Shown here piece by piece: positions 48,755 to 61,252 of a stretch of 64,000 nt of DNA. Below the pieces are notes generated by a model that saw only the letters and a program-made list of their open reading frames with translations, did not search any database and was not told the origin of the DNA. Positions within the stretch are counted from its first letter, which is position 1. Each line of letters opens with the position of its first letter. The DNA is taken from the NCBI RefSeq assembly GCF_964355755.1, contig NC_092672.1, positions 34,416,437 to 34,480,436 of the forward strand, written 5' to 3'. This DNA is from Antedon mediterranea. Its lineage: Eukaryota; Animalia; Echinodermata. The position numbers were made by a program, and so were the translations under genes.

Positions 48755-51700
48755 ATGGCATGGAAAGCATTTCATAATGATGAAATTGATGTTGATATTA
48801 ATTATAAACCATTAAATCAGATAGAAGAAGAAGAGATTATTGAATTACATCAACTCCACGATGATAGTACAGCAGAGATGTTTGATAGACAATCTGATGA
48901 TAATGATGTCAAAAGCAAGTTACTTGAGGATTTACAAGGTTATTATGAATTCTTAATTGTCACAATATTAATTAATTAATTCTTAATTGTCACAATATAC
49001 TTCCTAACTTCATATCTGTATGAACAGTATGGAAGAAAAACATGTCTTCTTTCAAATGCTGTGTATACAATTAACTAGTGAAAAAATGGGCATAATGTGA
49101 TTCATAATTAAAGAACTATATGTGATTTGTATGTATCTTTGCGATTAAAGGACATTTTTTTATTAATTAATCATATGTCGAGCAGCATTTTTTGTAAGAA
49201 ATACTTCTTGTTAAACCTTTTTTATGAATTATGTTATAAACCAATAAAGTTATTGTAGAAACGGGGTATAACCGATTCTGCTAGAGAAAAACTAAAGTAA
49301 GGCATCATCCGCAGCCATAACAACAATTATTGGTTAATTTGTGGCTGTGAAAACATGGGCAAAGATGCTCCCAGCCTAAATGTAGGCCTCTCTAGTATTT
49401 ATAAAGAGATCCTATGATTTTCTATAAAATCTGGCCATTAGTCTCAGCCACCAATCTCAGCCATCAGTCTTGATAACATGGTGAACTTTGATAATTATGT
49501 GTAATTCATTTTATTTCTTATAGAGACGTTTACAGTAGACGAGGCCATCAATCACATAGGGTTTGGTCCTTTTCAGATACTGATAATGGCACTTATTGGG
49601 ATGTGCACTGTAAGTACCACATTTTACGATTGTTTCAGGGTCAAACATGTGCCTCAAGAGGTCACCATCAACGTGCCTTCTTCAATACAAAGGTTGACTA
49701 CCATATCTCTCCATATGATTCTGTTGCTCTAGTTCTGTGTAAAGCTCTGTCTACACTATCAAACTAGTTAGACAAAAAAGTGTGATGTGCCCAACTATGG
49801 TAGTGATATATCCAAATATGGTAGTGATCCAAATATGGTGGTAGTGATATGACATCATCATGTTCATATTATGGGCACTAGTGTAGAGAGAGCTTTTGAA
49901 TGTTTAAACTCTTGGAAGTCACTAACCACAACATTTGCTTCTCCATTTATTTAGATGGCTGATGCTATGGAAGTCATGATGTTGAGTATAATCGCTCCTG
50001 AACTGCGTTGCATTTGGAAACTGCCACGATGGCAGGAAGCCCTCATCACCACGGTTGTGTTTGTCGGGCAGTTTTTTGGTGCAGCAATTTGGGGAAAATT
50101 TTGCGATAAATTTGGACGGAAAACAGTAAGCATAATCTAGTGTAAATATAATATGTAGTGAGTACGTGTTGTGTTGAAGTTGTGAAATGACCTGTCCTTG
50201 AGTTTGCATTGATCGAGTGAGAAAAAAGCTTTAAATAGCATCACCTTCAAAGTCAGTTTGCCCTCACAAATTCTGATCAATTTAAAGGAAAATTTATACA
50301 GACGAGTGATAACGGTTAGCGGAAAGCCATGCCTCAAGAGAGCTTGTCCCACATATCTCTCCTGAGTGGAAACGCCCGTCCGCTCGCTTTGTGTGTAAAT
50401 AGTCACGAATAAGCTACTGGAAATTCTATATTTTTATTACCATTACTGCCCGTCTGTGTGAATTGGCCTTTAAGGTGTTTGCATACAGTGGCTACGATTT
50501 CTTTTGTTTATCTTGTAGGGTTTGGTAGCCTGTTCTGTATGGCTTCTTTACTATGGCTTTCTGAGTTCTATATCCCCCACATACGTCTGGTTCTTATGTA
50601 TGAGAATGCTAGCAGGTTTTGGTGTGGTTGGAGGAAATCAAGGGTAAGTATGGTTTTATTTATATACTCTAGCTTTGATTCCTGTCTGGGGACACATCTT
50701 TAGATACCAATATATATGCTTTTGTGGGGGCAACCCACTTTTATTGCAATGATAAACAATATGGTGAAGGTTACAGTATATATGTCTATCTATCTATTTA
50801 TCAATGAATATTTAAGTGATATTACACAGACAGAGGTTAAAAGATTATATAAAATATTTTGATATTGTGTTGAAATCTAGATAAAACAAACATGTATACA
50901 GAGAAAATTTATATTACAGAGCTAAAACGATATAAAGATTGATATTCAGTATTAAAAAGAGATTTGATATAATATAAATATATATGATAAAATGGTATAT
51001 TGCATTATAAGATTATGTTTTGTTTGAATACTTTTATAAAATTGTATAGTTTTACATTTTGAACATAATATTGCTTTTATTATTTATATGATAAAATATC
51101 AAACTAATAAATATTGCAAAGCTAAACCCAAACCGAAGTATGGGGATACGCCCTCGTCGCTAGCCAGGTTTATTTTAATAGTTCTAGTTTAAATCCTGGC
51201 TAGAAATAATATTGTAATAATAAACCATTTACACTGCTCCATTCTCCAGCACTTTGAAGCTCCCATATTAAAGCTTGCGGGAACATTATTCACAGGAGCT
51301 CGAATGAAAAAGGCATCTGCCTATCCTGAAATAAGTATAAGCTGGTTCCAACAACAACAATAGCATATGTTGTCCTTTATTACTTGACTTTTGTATACAT
51401 AATAGCAACAATACAGTATCAACGTTAAAATATTTACATAACAAAACTACTTTATAATCCAAAAAGATCATTGCGTTTAACATTTTATTTTATTCTTATC
51501 TAAATAAAAGATTATAAAAATACTCTAATATATAGTAGAAAATGTCTTTTGGGGACTTCTATGTTCCGGAGACACCTACTATTAATAAAACATATTAAGG
51601 GGACAAAGGTGTAATGGGGGTTCTTCTGTATAAAGGTTTGACTAATAACTCATCTTCATTAATTATAAACTTATTTTGTCTGATATCTCTTTACAGAAAT

Positions 51701-54700
51701 ACATTAGTTTCTGAATTTGTACCGTCAAAAGTTAGAGGAAAATGTCTTGCAGTAATGGGGGTATGAGTAACTTGTGACTTTGTATCTGTCCATGCCTTAT
51801 CTAAATTATCAACTATTTTTTAAGACAAGACTCTATTGCTCCTGTCACATAAATTGAACTCTATTTCCTGCAATGTTCCGCTGTTTAAAAAATCCTTAAT
51901 CCTCTCCAATTATAATATGTAGTATTAAGCCAAACCGTAATAAATCTAGAGAGCAGTAGATAGACACATACAGGTAAATAACTTACTGTATAGGGATGTT
52001 TAATGAATTTCTTCGAAGCAAATTACTGAAAAAATGACAATGCTGTGGGTTTCAGTGACTGGATCTCAATGGAGATACAAAATAAAAAAATGACAATGCT
52101 GTGGGTATCAGTGACTGGATCTCAATGGAAATACAAAAAAAAAGCTTTTTCAAATTGTTTGACAACAAAAGTGTGATGTGTCCAAATATAGTAGTGATAT
52201 GCCCAAATATGGTACTGATATGTCCATATATGGGCACATCAATTTTTTTTGTCACCTAAAGTTTGATAGTGTAGATAGAGCTTTTGAATGTTTAAACTCT
52301 TGAAAGTCACTCACCACCATTTGCTTCTCCAAAACCTAAATCAAAACGATAATGTAAAACAGCCAGAAAAGTTAGCAGAGCTTTCGGGCAACACTAGCCC
52401 TTCTAATATATATACATTTTTTTTATCATACACTAATTTGGAAATTGTTTTAGTCTTTTTTTGCAATTGGATCTATTGGAATAGCGCTGTTAGCCTTGGT
52501 TACCATGTCAACGCTAGGATGGAGATGGATGTTAGCTCTATCTGGTATTCCATTAGCAGGTTTTATTTGTCTGTCATGGGTAAATATTTCTTTCGGTTTA
52601 TTTAAAATATAAAAAATATAAATATTCTCATCATTTAAATAGAGGAATAAATAAAATTTTGAATTGTATATTTATCTATAACTGATAAAGATGCCATAGT
52701 TAGCAGATGAGGTTTAGTAGGAATTTTCAACCAATTTTCTTCCTACAGTGGTTGCCAGAAAGTGCACGCTTTTGTATGCTATGTGGTAATGAAGCCGAGG
52801 CTTATAAGACACTGCAAAAGGTTGCCAGAATGAACAAGAAATCATTGCTACCTGGTCGCCTTAAGAAAATAGTTGTTGCAGTAAGTATGAGTTTTTAACA
52901 GAAAATAAAACAAAAAATCATCATTTTTACTATATGACTCTGTCTACACTATCAAATTAGTTTGACAAAATAAGTGTTATGTGCCCAAATATGGTAGTGA
53001 TATTTCCAAATATGGTAGTGATATTTCCAAATACAGTATGGTAGTGATATGATATCATCATGTCCATATATGTGCACATTTTTTTGTCACATAAAGTTTG
53101 ATAGTGTAGACAACTAGAGCGTTATTTTGCTTGTTTTTTCCAGGAACGTGGTAAATTCTCAGATATGTTTGAAACTAAAGAAATGACTGTAACATCGTTA
53201 CTGCTATTTTATATTTGGTAAAGTTAATAATTTTGTATACATTTTAATATGTTTGAATCTAGTCTTTACATATTTTAAAATGATTTCAAATTTATTTAAT
53301 CCATTTGAATAGGTTTACAGCTGCATTTGCATACTATGGAATCGTTTTATTATCAACAGAATTCCTTACACAAACTGTAGATAATACATGTACAAGTAAG
53401 TTAAATGACAACTGTATTTACCAGAATAAACGCCCGGTGCGTTTATTGTTCAGGAGGGTTTTTAGGGAGGGGGAGTTCATTCGGGGAAGCCATTTATTTT
53501 TTTTGGTAACATGATTGTAGAATCAAATAAATAACCCATAGTTATGATCAAATACAACACAATATCGAGAATAAAATACAGTAAAAAATGTAGATCATCA
53601 GATCAATCAATAAATTATACCGCAAATAGAAGTGTGGTTTAAAAAATATGTTATATAAAACAAGGGAGATGTAAATCTTCCTCATAAAACATCTCTTTTT
53701 GTTAATTTTCTTAGGTAAATCAGTTGGAAGTTTATCAGGAGAGTGTGGTTTTTGGTGTGAGAGAATGTCTACAGAAGATTATATAGACTTTATCAAAACA
53801 ACATTTGCTGAATTTATAGGTAGTGTATAAAGAAACCATGACATGGATAAAGCTCTGTTTACACTATCAAACTAGTTTGACAAAAAAAGTGTGATGTGCC
53901 TGAATATGGTAGTGATGTACCCAAATATAGTATTGATATGACATCATCATGTACATTTAAGGGCAAATTTTTTAGTAGTGTAGACAGAGCTTAAAGGAAA
54001 CATGGCATGGATGGAAAGACCGACCTCACAAACGAGTAATTCCACCATCAAAGGATAACTCTATTCAAATATCTTGACGATAAAATGTATCCTGATTCGA
54101 ACCTGTTACCTCTCTTTTACAGGATAAGTGCCTCAACCAACAATAATCCTATAAAGCTCTGTCTACACTGTCAAACTTTATGTGACAAAAAAAGTATGAT
54201 GTGCACAAATATGATAGTGATGTGCCCAAATATGGTAGTGATATGCCCCAATATGGTAGTGATATGCCCAAATATGGTAGTGATATGCCCCAATATGGTA
54301 GTGATATGCCCTAATATGGTAGTGATATGACATCATCATGTATTTCATTTTCATTTCATTTCATTTATTTCGTCTCACATATAACAAAAAATAACAAATA
54401 ATAGAGAGAGACAGGATTCCCAAAAGCGAACTAAATCAAACTATCAAGTGGGTCTCCAAGACAGGCCTTAACAGGCAAACTCGTTTGTTTCTTTTAAAAT
54501 GCTTCCAGTACCAATTACTGGAATATCATAGAGGTATTAAATATACAATAGATATCTGTATAACTGTGTTTTCTTTCAGGTATATTCTTTAACATAATTG
54601 TAGTAGATAGATTTGGACGCAAGCCTACGTTAGCATTAGTATGCATCCTGTTTGGTGGATTTACTTCTTTACAGCAATTTTGTTTATCAAGGTGTGTTCA

Positions 54701-56262
54701 TTGAAATATCAAACACTAGTGGTTGTGCCAATTACTGTGTAGTGAGCTCTCTCCTAGTCATGGACATTTTGAATTGAATTTTTGTGAATAATTATCAAGT
54801 ATGGAAAAAAAATACCTTATACGGCATTATAGTTTCATTCATGAAACAACCAAATATGGAAAATTAGTTAATTTTATTGGTCCATGAAATCCATTTCAAT
54901 TCATTCTAACTGTAAACTGTACTGTAAAACGGTGTATACATATTTATAGCTACTGTATATTAACAAATAATTGTATCAAATATATGCCTTTTTCAGGAGT
55001 AGTATGGTTTTATTCTTATTTTGTGCAAGAGGTTCTGTGTCAGCCATGTTTAATATTCTCTATATTTATACGCCTGAGGTAAGATATTTACATATTTCAA
55101 CAAGTTTTATTTTGTTTCATTTTATGTTTGCACTAATTAAATTTTGAAGTACCGTACTTTAAATTCTGTGTTTGACTGAATACTGAAATGCTTTATTTGT
55201 CCATTATCATAATAAAATAACAATAGAAATTCATCTTAAAGATTGGCAAATATTAGTACGATAAAAAACTGATAAATATATATTTATATTACTTTGTTCT
55301 CATTCCTTTTAGGTCTATCCAACGTCCATTCGTGGCCTGGCTCTAGGCACCTGTAGTACATTTGCTAGGATAGGTGCTATAGTGACTCCATTCACCGCCC
55401 AGGTTTTAATGGAGGTATCACCTAGCCTCGCCATAGCGATCTATGCTGGAAGCGCATTCCTCGCAAGTATATGCGCTCTCCTTCTACCCATTGAAACCAA
55501 AGGACGCTCCCTAAAGGTAATAAATTACAACAAAAGCTCAGAAAATTTAGGAAGTACTCGAAAGTATAAAGGCCAATTTACACAGACGAGTTGTAACGGT
55601 AATATAAATATAGAATCTATGTTATTCTTTATGACCGTTTACACACAAAGCGGAGCGGACGGGCGGTTTACGCTCAGGACAGATACAGATTCTATGTGGG
55701 ACAAACTACGCAATTTTCCGCTTACCTTTACCGCTCGTCTGTGTTTGTTTGTTTTATCTTTATACTGGGTGACCTCTTCAGTCAAAGACTGATCTCCCAG
55801 AGGGCCCAGTTGGTGATCAGTGGCTGTGATGTACTAATACACCGGGGTAACCCCCTACTCGTCTCGAAAGATGTACTAGGTTCTTTAAAGTGCACACGAG
55901 CAAGTTGTGTACACTGGACCTACGGTTTATAGTCCTTATCCGAGAAGACTCGTTCTACCACCAGAACCATGAAGTGAGTGAGCCTCGAACCCCTGCCGAT
56001 GTTATGGCTACGTGATTACGGTTCCACTGTCTTAACCGCTCGGCCACTCACTCACTAAATTGGCCTTAGGTGAAATTAGAATTACTTATGACTACCCTCT
56101 GTTTTATAAAAATCAAACTATGATATTTATTTTGCAAGAAAGCCATACAAACTAAATTCACTATGTCTTACATATTCTATTTTTATGTGTTTTTTTCAGA
56201 ATAAAATAGATATAATCGCTGAGATGGACAGCGAACAAGAAGATTCTGAAGATGAGTTATGA
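48755..56262 (+). CDS. SVOP: SV2-related MFS transporter (SVOP/SVOPL family), 536 aa, 14 coding exons
   Basis: Exons 48755-48938, 49524-49609, 49955-50125, 50519-50643, 51697-51760, 52454-52579, 52749-52880, 53144-53217, 53313-53395, 53715-53819, 54580-54691, 54997-55078, 55313-55516, 56200-56262; 1611 nt. Peptides TFTVDEAINHIGFGPFQ, MADAMEVMMLSI, DKFGRK, WLPESARF, DRFGRK, YTPEVYPTSIRG, LLPIETKGRSL. SVOP versus SVOPL cannot be resolved by eye. Confidence 0.88.
50285..50470. mobile_element. Harbinger-type MITE (family 3)
   Basis: AGGAAAATTTATACAGACGAG ... CCCGTCTGTGTGAATTGGCCT; same family as 55570-56066 and the partial copy at 20085-20230. Confidence 0.75.
53851..53991. mobile_element. Harbinger/Tourist-like MITE family 1 (representative copy, TAA TSD)
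   Basis: TIR AGCTCTGTCTACACTATCAAAC, TWA TSD, variable internal 21-bp repeat ATATGCCCAAATATGGTAGTG. About 26 copies, starting near 6497, 8847, 12442, 14351, 15580, 19369, 20362, 20641, 23250, 23870, 25783, 28313, 32609, 32917, 36026, 37749, 38951, 39836, 40414, 49743, 52143, 52936, 53851, 54155, 59860 and 63161. Confidence 0.92.
55570..56066. mobile_element. Family 3 Harbinger MITE with a full-length family A SINE (55746-56056, minus) inserted in its right TIR
   Basis: AGGCCAATTTACACAGACGAG ... CTCGTCTGTGT [SINE] AAATTGGCCT. Confidence 0.85.
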
Positions 56263-56512
56263 TTGGTGGACTCGAATCATATCAATTAAATAATAAAATC
56301 TTCCATCATCTTTTTGACAATGTTCGTGAAAAAATTCTTTTGCATCATTGATATTATTTGTGATGAAAATTATCATTATTTTTTGTTTCAATAATAATGT
56401 CTTTCAATAGGTAGCTTAATATTTATTTAGTTATGTTAAAAACATCACTAATCACTATGCCAATATTATAGGTGCCAATCAATTCACAGAGATGCTAGGT
56501 GCTTTACAATGT

Positions 56513-57443
56513 TCAGTGTATAAAACCTCTATTAAGGGGACACCTCCAGGACACAACAAAGTTGTATGAAATATGTATCTGGATGTGTTCATTTTTCTAC
56601 ATCAATTAAATTATATTTAATCTTGCCTTTGGTATTTTGTACACAGGTAGTAAGTTTGTACATACTGATATTTATATTTAAAATATTAATGCTTTCCATG
56701 CACAGTACTACATATTGCCAATATATATTTATTTTATAAGAAGGGTTATAGATTGTTTAATATTTAGTAACATAATCTATATTTCTACGGTAGTTGGTTT
56801 TTACACATTTAGTGATATTTATTATTAAAATATTAACTTTTTTCCTAAAAATAAAGATATTTTAAAGGTACAATACTACATTTATTGCCTATATTGTAAA
56901 GTTTGTTAAATATTTAATAATTAACTCTCTCTAACTGTAACTGTAACTTATTAAATATTTAATAATTAACTCTACAAAGTTCAGTGTTAAAACCCGGGAT
57001 AAAACCTCTATTAAGAGGACATCTTCGGGACCCAACAAAGTGTTTGCAGGATATGAAATATGTATCTGGATGTGCTTTTTCATTTTTCTACATAAATTAA
57101 ATTATATTTAATCTTGCATTTAGTATTTTTTACACAGGTAGTAAGTTTGTACATAATTTAATGATATTTATATTTAAAATATTAAGTTTTTTTATGAACA
57201 CAGTACAGTACTACATATTGTTTATATACTGTTTAAGAATATACTGTTTAAGAAGGGTTACACAGATTGTTTAATATTTAGTAACATAATCTATATTTCT
57301 ACGGTAGTTGGTTTTTACACATTTAGTGATATTTATTATTAAAATATTAACTTTTTTCCTAAAAATAAAGATATTTTAAAGGTACAGTACTACATTTATT
57401 GCCTATATTGTAAAGATTGTTAAATAACTCTCTCTAACTGTTA
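56513..57443. repeat. Tandem duplication of about 430-460 bp downstream of SVOP
   Basis: 56513-56940 aligns with 56981-57443. Confidence 0.9.
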
Positions 57444-58569
57444 ACATATATATGTGTTGGTTGGTTTGTCCATATTTGTATTAACTTTTAACTTTTTCCC
57501 CCCCAAATTGTTTAATATTATTACGGTATTATTTTTATATTTTATCTTCATATTGTTTTCTACTCAGGGCAGGGTAATATATTTGTACATAGTGAAAAGA
57601 AATTCTATTAGTCTATGAAATGTTATTCAGTCTTTGAATTAAAGTACTATAAACAAGAATACTGTTATTGTTTGTTAAGGTTTGCATGGCGAAATAAAAT
57701 GTTGATATAGTTTGCGGTACACCACGTACGTATATATAGTTCTGAAAAGAACTGTTGAGTTTCTCAACGTTTCGATCAATATACTTCAGGAGGATGTCGA
57801 GGAACTCAACAGTTCGTTTCAGAACTATAAATATGTGGCGTACCGCAAACTTGATAGCAACAAGAACTGTTACTGTGATAGATAATAGTATCCTGGACTT
57901 GTATAGCATCTACTGTGTCGCAAGGCCTTTAAGTGGTATACATACATACAGCAATAAATGTGGATCAGTCATCCCAGACTTGGCTGCTTCCCTACTCTAC
58001 TAAGGTCACAAAAAACTAGTTGGCATTGAGATGGTTAAAAAGAGCAAAATCTCTCAGTGATGGTGAAGAGAGCTGCTATTAAATCTGACATTTCCTGTGT
58101 GTCAATTGGATCGTTTTGAACAAATTTGGTAGCAACCTCACCTGATTGGTGATAGGTACTATACTGTATGAGAGGCATAAAGTAAAAAGACAAAATATAA
58201 ATCAAGAAAGGGCGAATTGGGCGTTTAGCCTTTTTCGACATATGCACTGCTCAGGGGCCCCCGCTGGGTTTAGCCAATGAGTGCTCATAGCCTTTACACC
58301 ACTGATTCAACAACGCATTGCTTTAACGCCGTTTGGGCCCAAACTTGGATAGACTGAGACCAGTTGACATACAAACAATTCTACTACATTTATACACATC
58401 CAAATATTTATTAGGCCGCCAACTGAATATACTGTACTTAATATACAATATAGTCCACCAGACATTTACCTATTTATACAAAGAGTCACATTATTAATAT
58501 TCATGCATTCAATGTTGTAGCACATCCAACATTCTCATAGAAAAAGATATACAGTATAAATAACGTGGT

Positions 58570-58803
58570 TCAAGCAATGCAATCTGACAACAGGACACTG
58601 AGCTTGCCTTGCTAAGATAGGAACTCGTAACAGTCCTTTGATCTTATGTCTGGCTGCGACAAATACCAACAGTACTGTACAAAGTACATATTGGCCACGG
58701 CGCGGTGTCTGTTAAGGAGCATAGAACTGATTGTGTTGTAGCCACAGATAAACTCTTTGATCTCCGGAGCTCAGAATCCTGTGGTTAGATTGCCTTGGTT
58801 CAA
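58570..58803. mobile_element. Old MITE with about 35-bp imperfect TIRs (second copy at 60945-61160)
   Basis: GCAATCTGACAACAGGACACTGAGCT ... AGCTCAGAATCCTGTGGTTAGATTGC; the interior is shared between the two copies. Confidence 0.7.
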
Positions 58804-61252
58804 GGAACACAATATGCTGATACATATAATCATTTTTTGATTAAAAAAAATGGTATTATTTGCAACCTGGACTCCATTTCTATGCTTATGAGATATACTC
58901 TTGCTATTGTTTGGATTTTAATAATTAATAATTAATTAATAGTTAAATTGGCTGCCAGCCAATGAGTTTTTGGTTGAATTTAACCATTTATTTGTTATTT
59001 TTATAATTAAAAACATCATTTGTTTTCATTTTTCATTAACTTTTATTAAAGCTAAAAAATAACCTATTCAAAATCCAATTTTATTAATTTCAATTTTCGA
59101 TGTTTTTGGAGGACAATTCACCTTTAATAATATCAAGTCTCAAATGAGTTGTTTACAGTATATAAATTCAATGAATTAAATATTTCAAGAGGGGATAAAT
59201 AAATTATTTGCAATCCAAATTATGTTAAAAAAAATTAGTATACAAGCAATAAATATTTAATTATTAATTTAACTATTTTGTGAACAATTTTATAAAAGCT
59301 ATTCAAAATTTACACCCCATGTTACTAAATATTTATTAAACATTATTCTAAATTATCAAAGTAGATATAGCGATAAGAAATACATTACTAACAAAATTTA
59401 AATTACATCTTTAAATAATTATAAATTGTGGGAGGCAATATCATGGTGTACAAATCAAGAAAATAAAGTTGTTTATTGCGTCAATTTTAAATTGCACGTT
59501 TTTACTCAATTAATTGAAGCAGTGAGTTGTAAATATTAAGTTTGGTCACTGTGAATTTGAGGTTGGTGGTAACTTAAATATATTAGATAAATGTATTGCC
59601 TGGCGATGGATTATAACCTTAAAATTTAGTAATATTATTAGCAGCAAATTATAAAATGTAAAGAATTTGGTCGTGAATTAATAGCTAAACACTTAAGATC
59701 ATAGGTGGATCCAAGCGGGTGCCCAGTCAATAGTACCCAATGCAATAGTACCAAATGCAATAGTACCCAATGCAATAGTTAGTAAATTAGTTCAGAATTT
59801 TATTTCACATTTTTTTAGGCCCTGGGTCCCCTATTTCAAAATCAATGAAGACCGGGGCGATGTGATATGCCTAAACATGGTTAGTAATATGACATCATCA
59901 TGTCCATATTATGCCCACAAACATTTTTTTTTGTCAAACTAGTTTGATAGTGTAGACAGAGCTTTACACATGCCTCATTAGTTTTGCAACCGTCTTCTCA
60001 GATAAGGACTTCAAACTGTAGGCTTAATGTACATCATTCACTACATGTACACACTTAAAAACCTAATTGTTCATCCTTCAAGATGAGTAGAAGGTTTGCT
60101 AATAGTTGAATGGTGGGACTCCCAACATTACAATACATATAAATTTAACAAAAAATAAATTATATATTTTTGTTATTTAAAACAATAAATCAGATTCATA
60201 TAAATTTTGAAAAGAAAAAATATATATTATATAACAGAACATTTTTGCAAAACATATATATAAATTACAATAGGTGGGTGTGGGTATAAAAGGCAATCAA
60301 AATTTTATAATCATTAATATATTTTTTTTTTAAACAAGTTAAAATAAATAATCTTAAAGCTGGGATTACACTAATCCAGCATGAATACACAAAGTTACTT
60401 AGGATGATATTGTACACACTGTCTCATGCTTCGGTGTGCTCAGGCCTTAGTAGACCGGACAGAAGATGATTGCCAATAATCCTTTAGCTATGCGAACAAA
60501 CTGCTGCTGTAGCCAATACTTTTGTCTTAAAGTCTAAAAACACCAGCAAGATCTGTCTAATCTGTGAATAATTAAGACACTGCATGACATTATGAAGATA
60601 ACCATTGGATATACTGGTAATTAATTACCTGGATTAGTGGTAAATTGGTCTTGATATAAGCACAAGTTATAACTTTGTTACAGTGGTCTTTACGAATGAT
60701 CATTGCTATATCCAACTTGGTCCAACCAGCAGACAGACAGTATCAGAAAAGTTCATTACGTTTTGACTTTCAGAAAAATTTACGTTAAAATGTGTCTGCA
60801 GCAAAGCTTCCATATATCTTGTTATGTACAGGTGTGTCACATGTTCATTTTCCTGTTATACATGATTGGTACATTTTTCAAAGAACGATGGATGCGGCAT
60901 GCTTATCATCGTATGATAAAGCAACCTTTATAAAAAAGCTTTAGTTAGATCAAGGAAATCTAACAACAGGACACTGAGCTCGCCTTGCCAAGATAGGAAC
61001 TCATAACAGTCCTTTGATCTTATGTCTGGCTGCAACAAATACCAGTACTGTACTATGTACATATATTTGTAAAGGGGCGTGGAACTGATCATGTCACAGC
61101 CACAGATAAACCCTTTGATCTCTGAAGCTTAGCATCTTGTTGCTAGACTGCCTGGGTTAGATGATCATTGAAATGTTTTATATCAATTGTTTTCAAATTT
61201 AAGAATCCTTACAAGTTCAGCATAGATCTTTTTCAGCCGTGTTTCACAAAGA

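Noticed and set aside
52029-52140. Direct duplication of about 56 bp (a 21-bp one also at 48948-48998)
   Set aside because: Ordinary local slippage duplications with no further signal.
54085-54330. ORFs with repeated CPNMVVI or YLGISLP peptides (also 6505, 14288, 20231, 25791)
   Set aside because: They are translations of the 21-bp internal repeat of MITE family 1.
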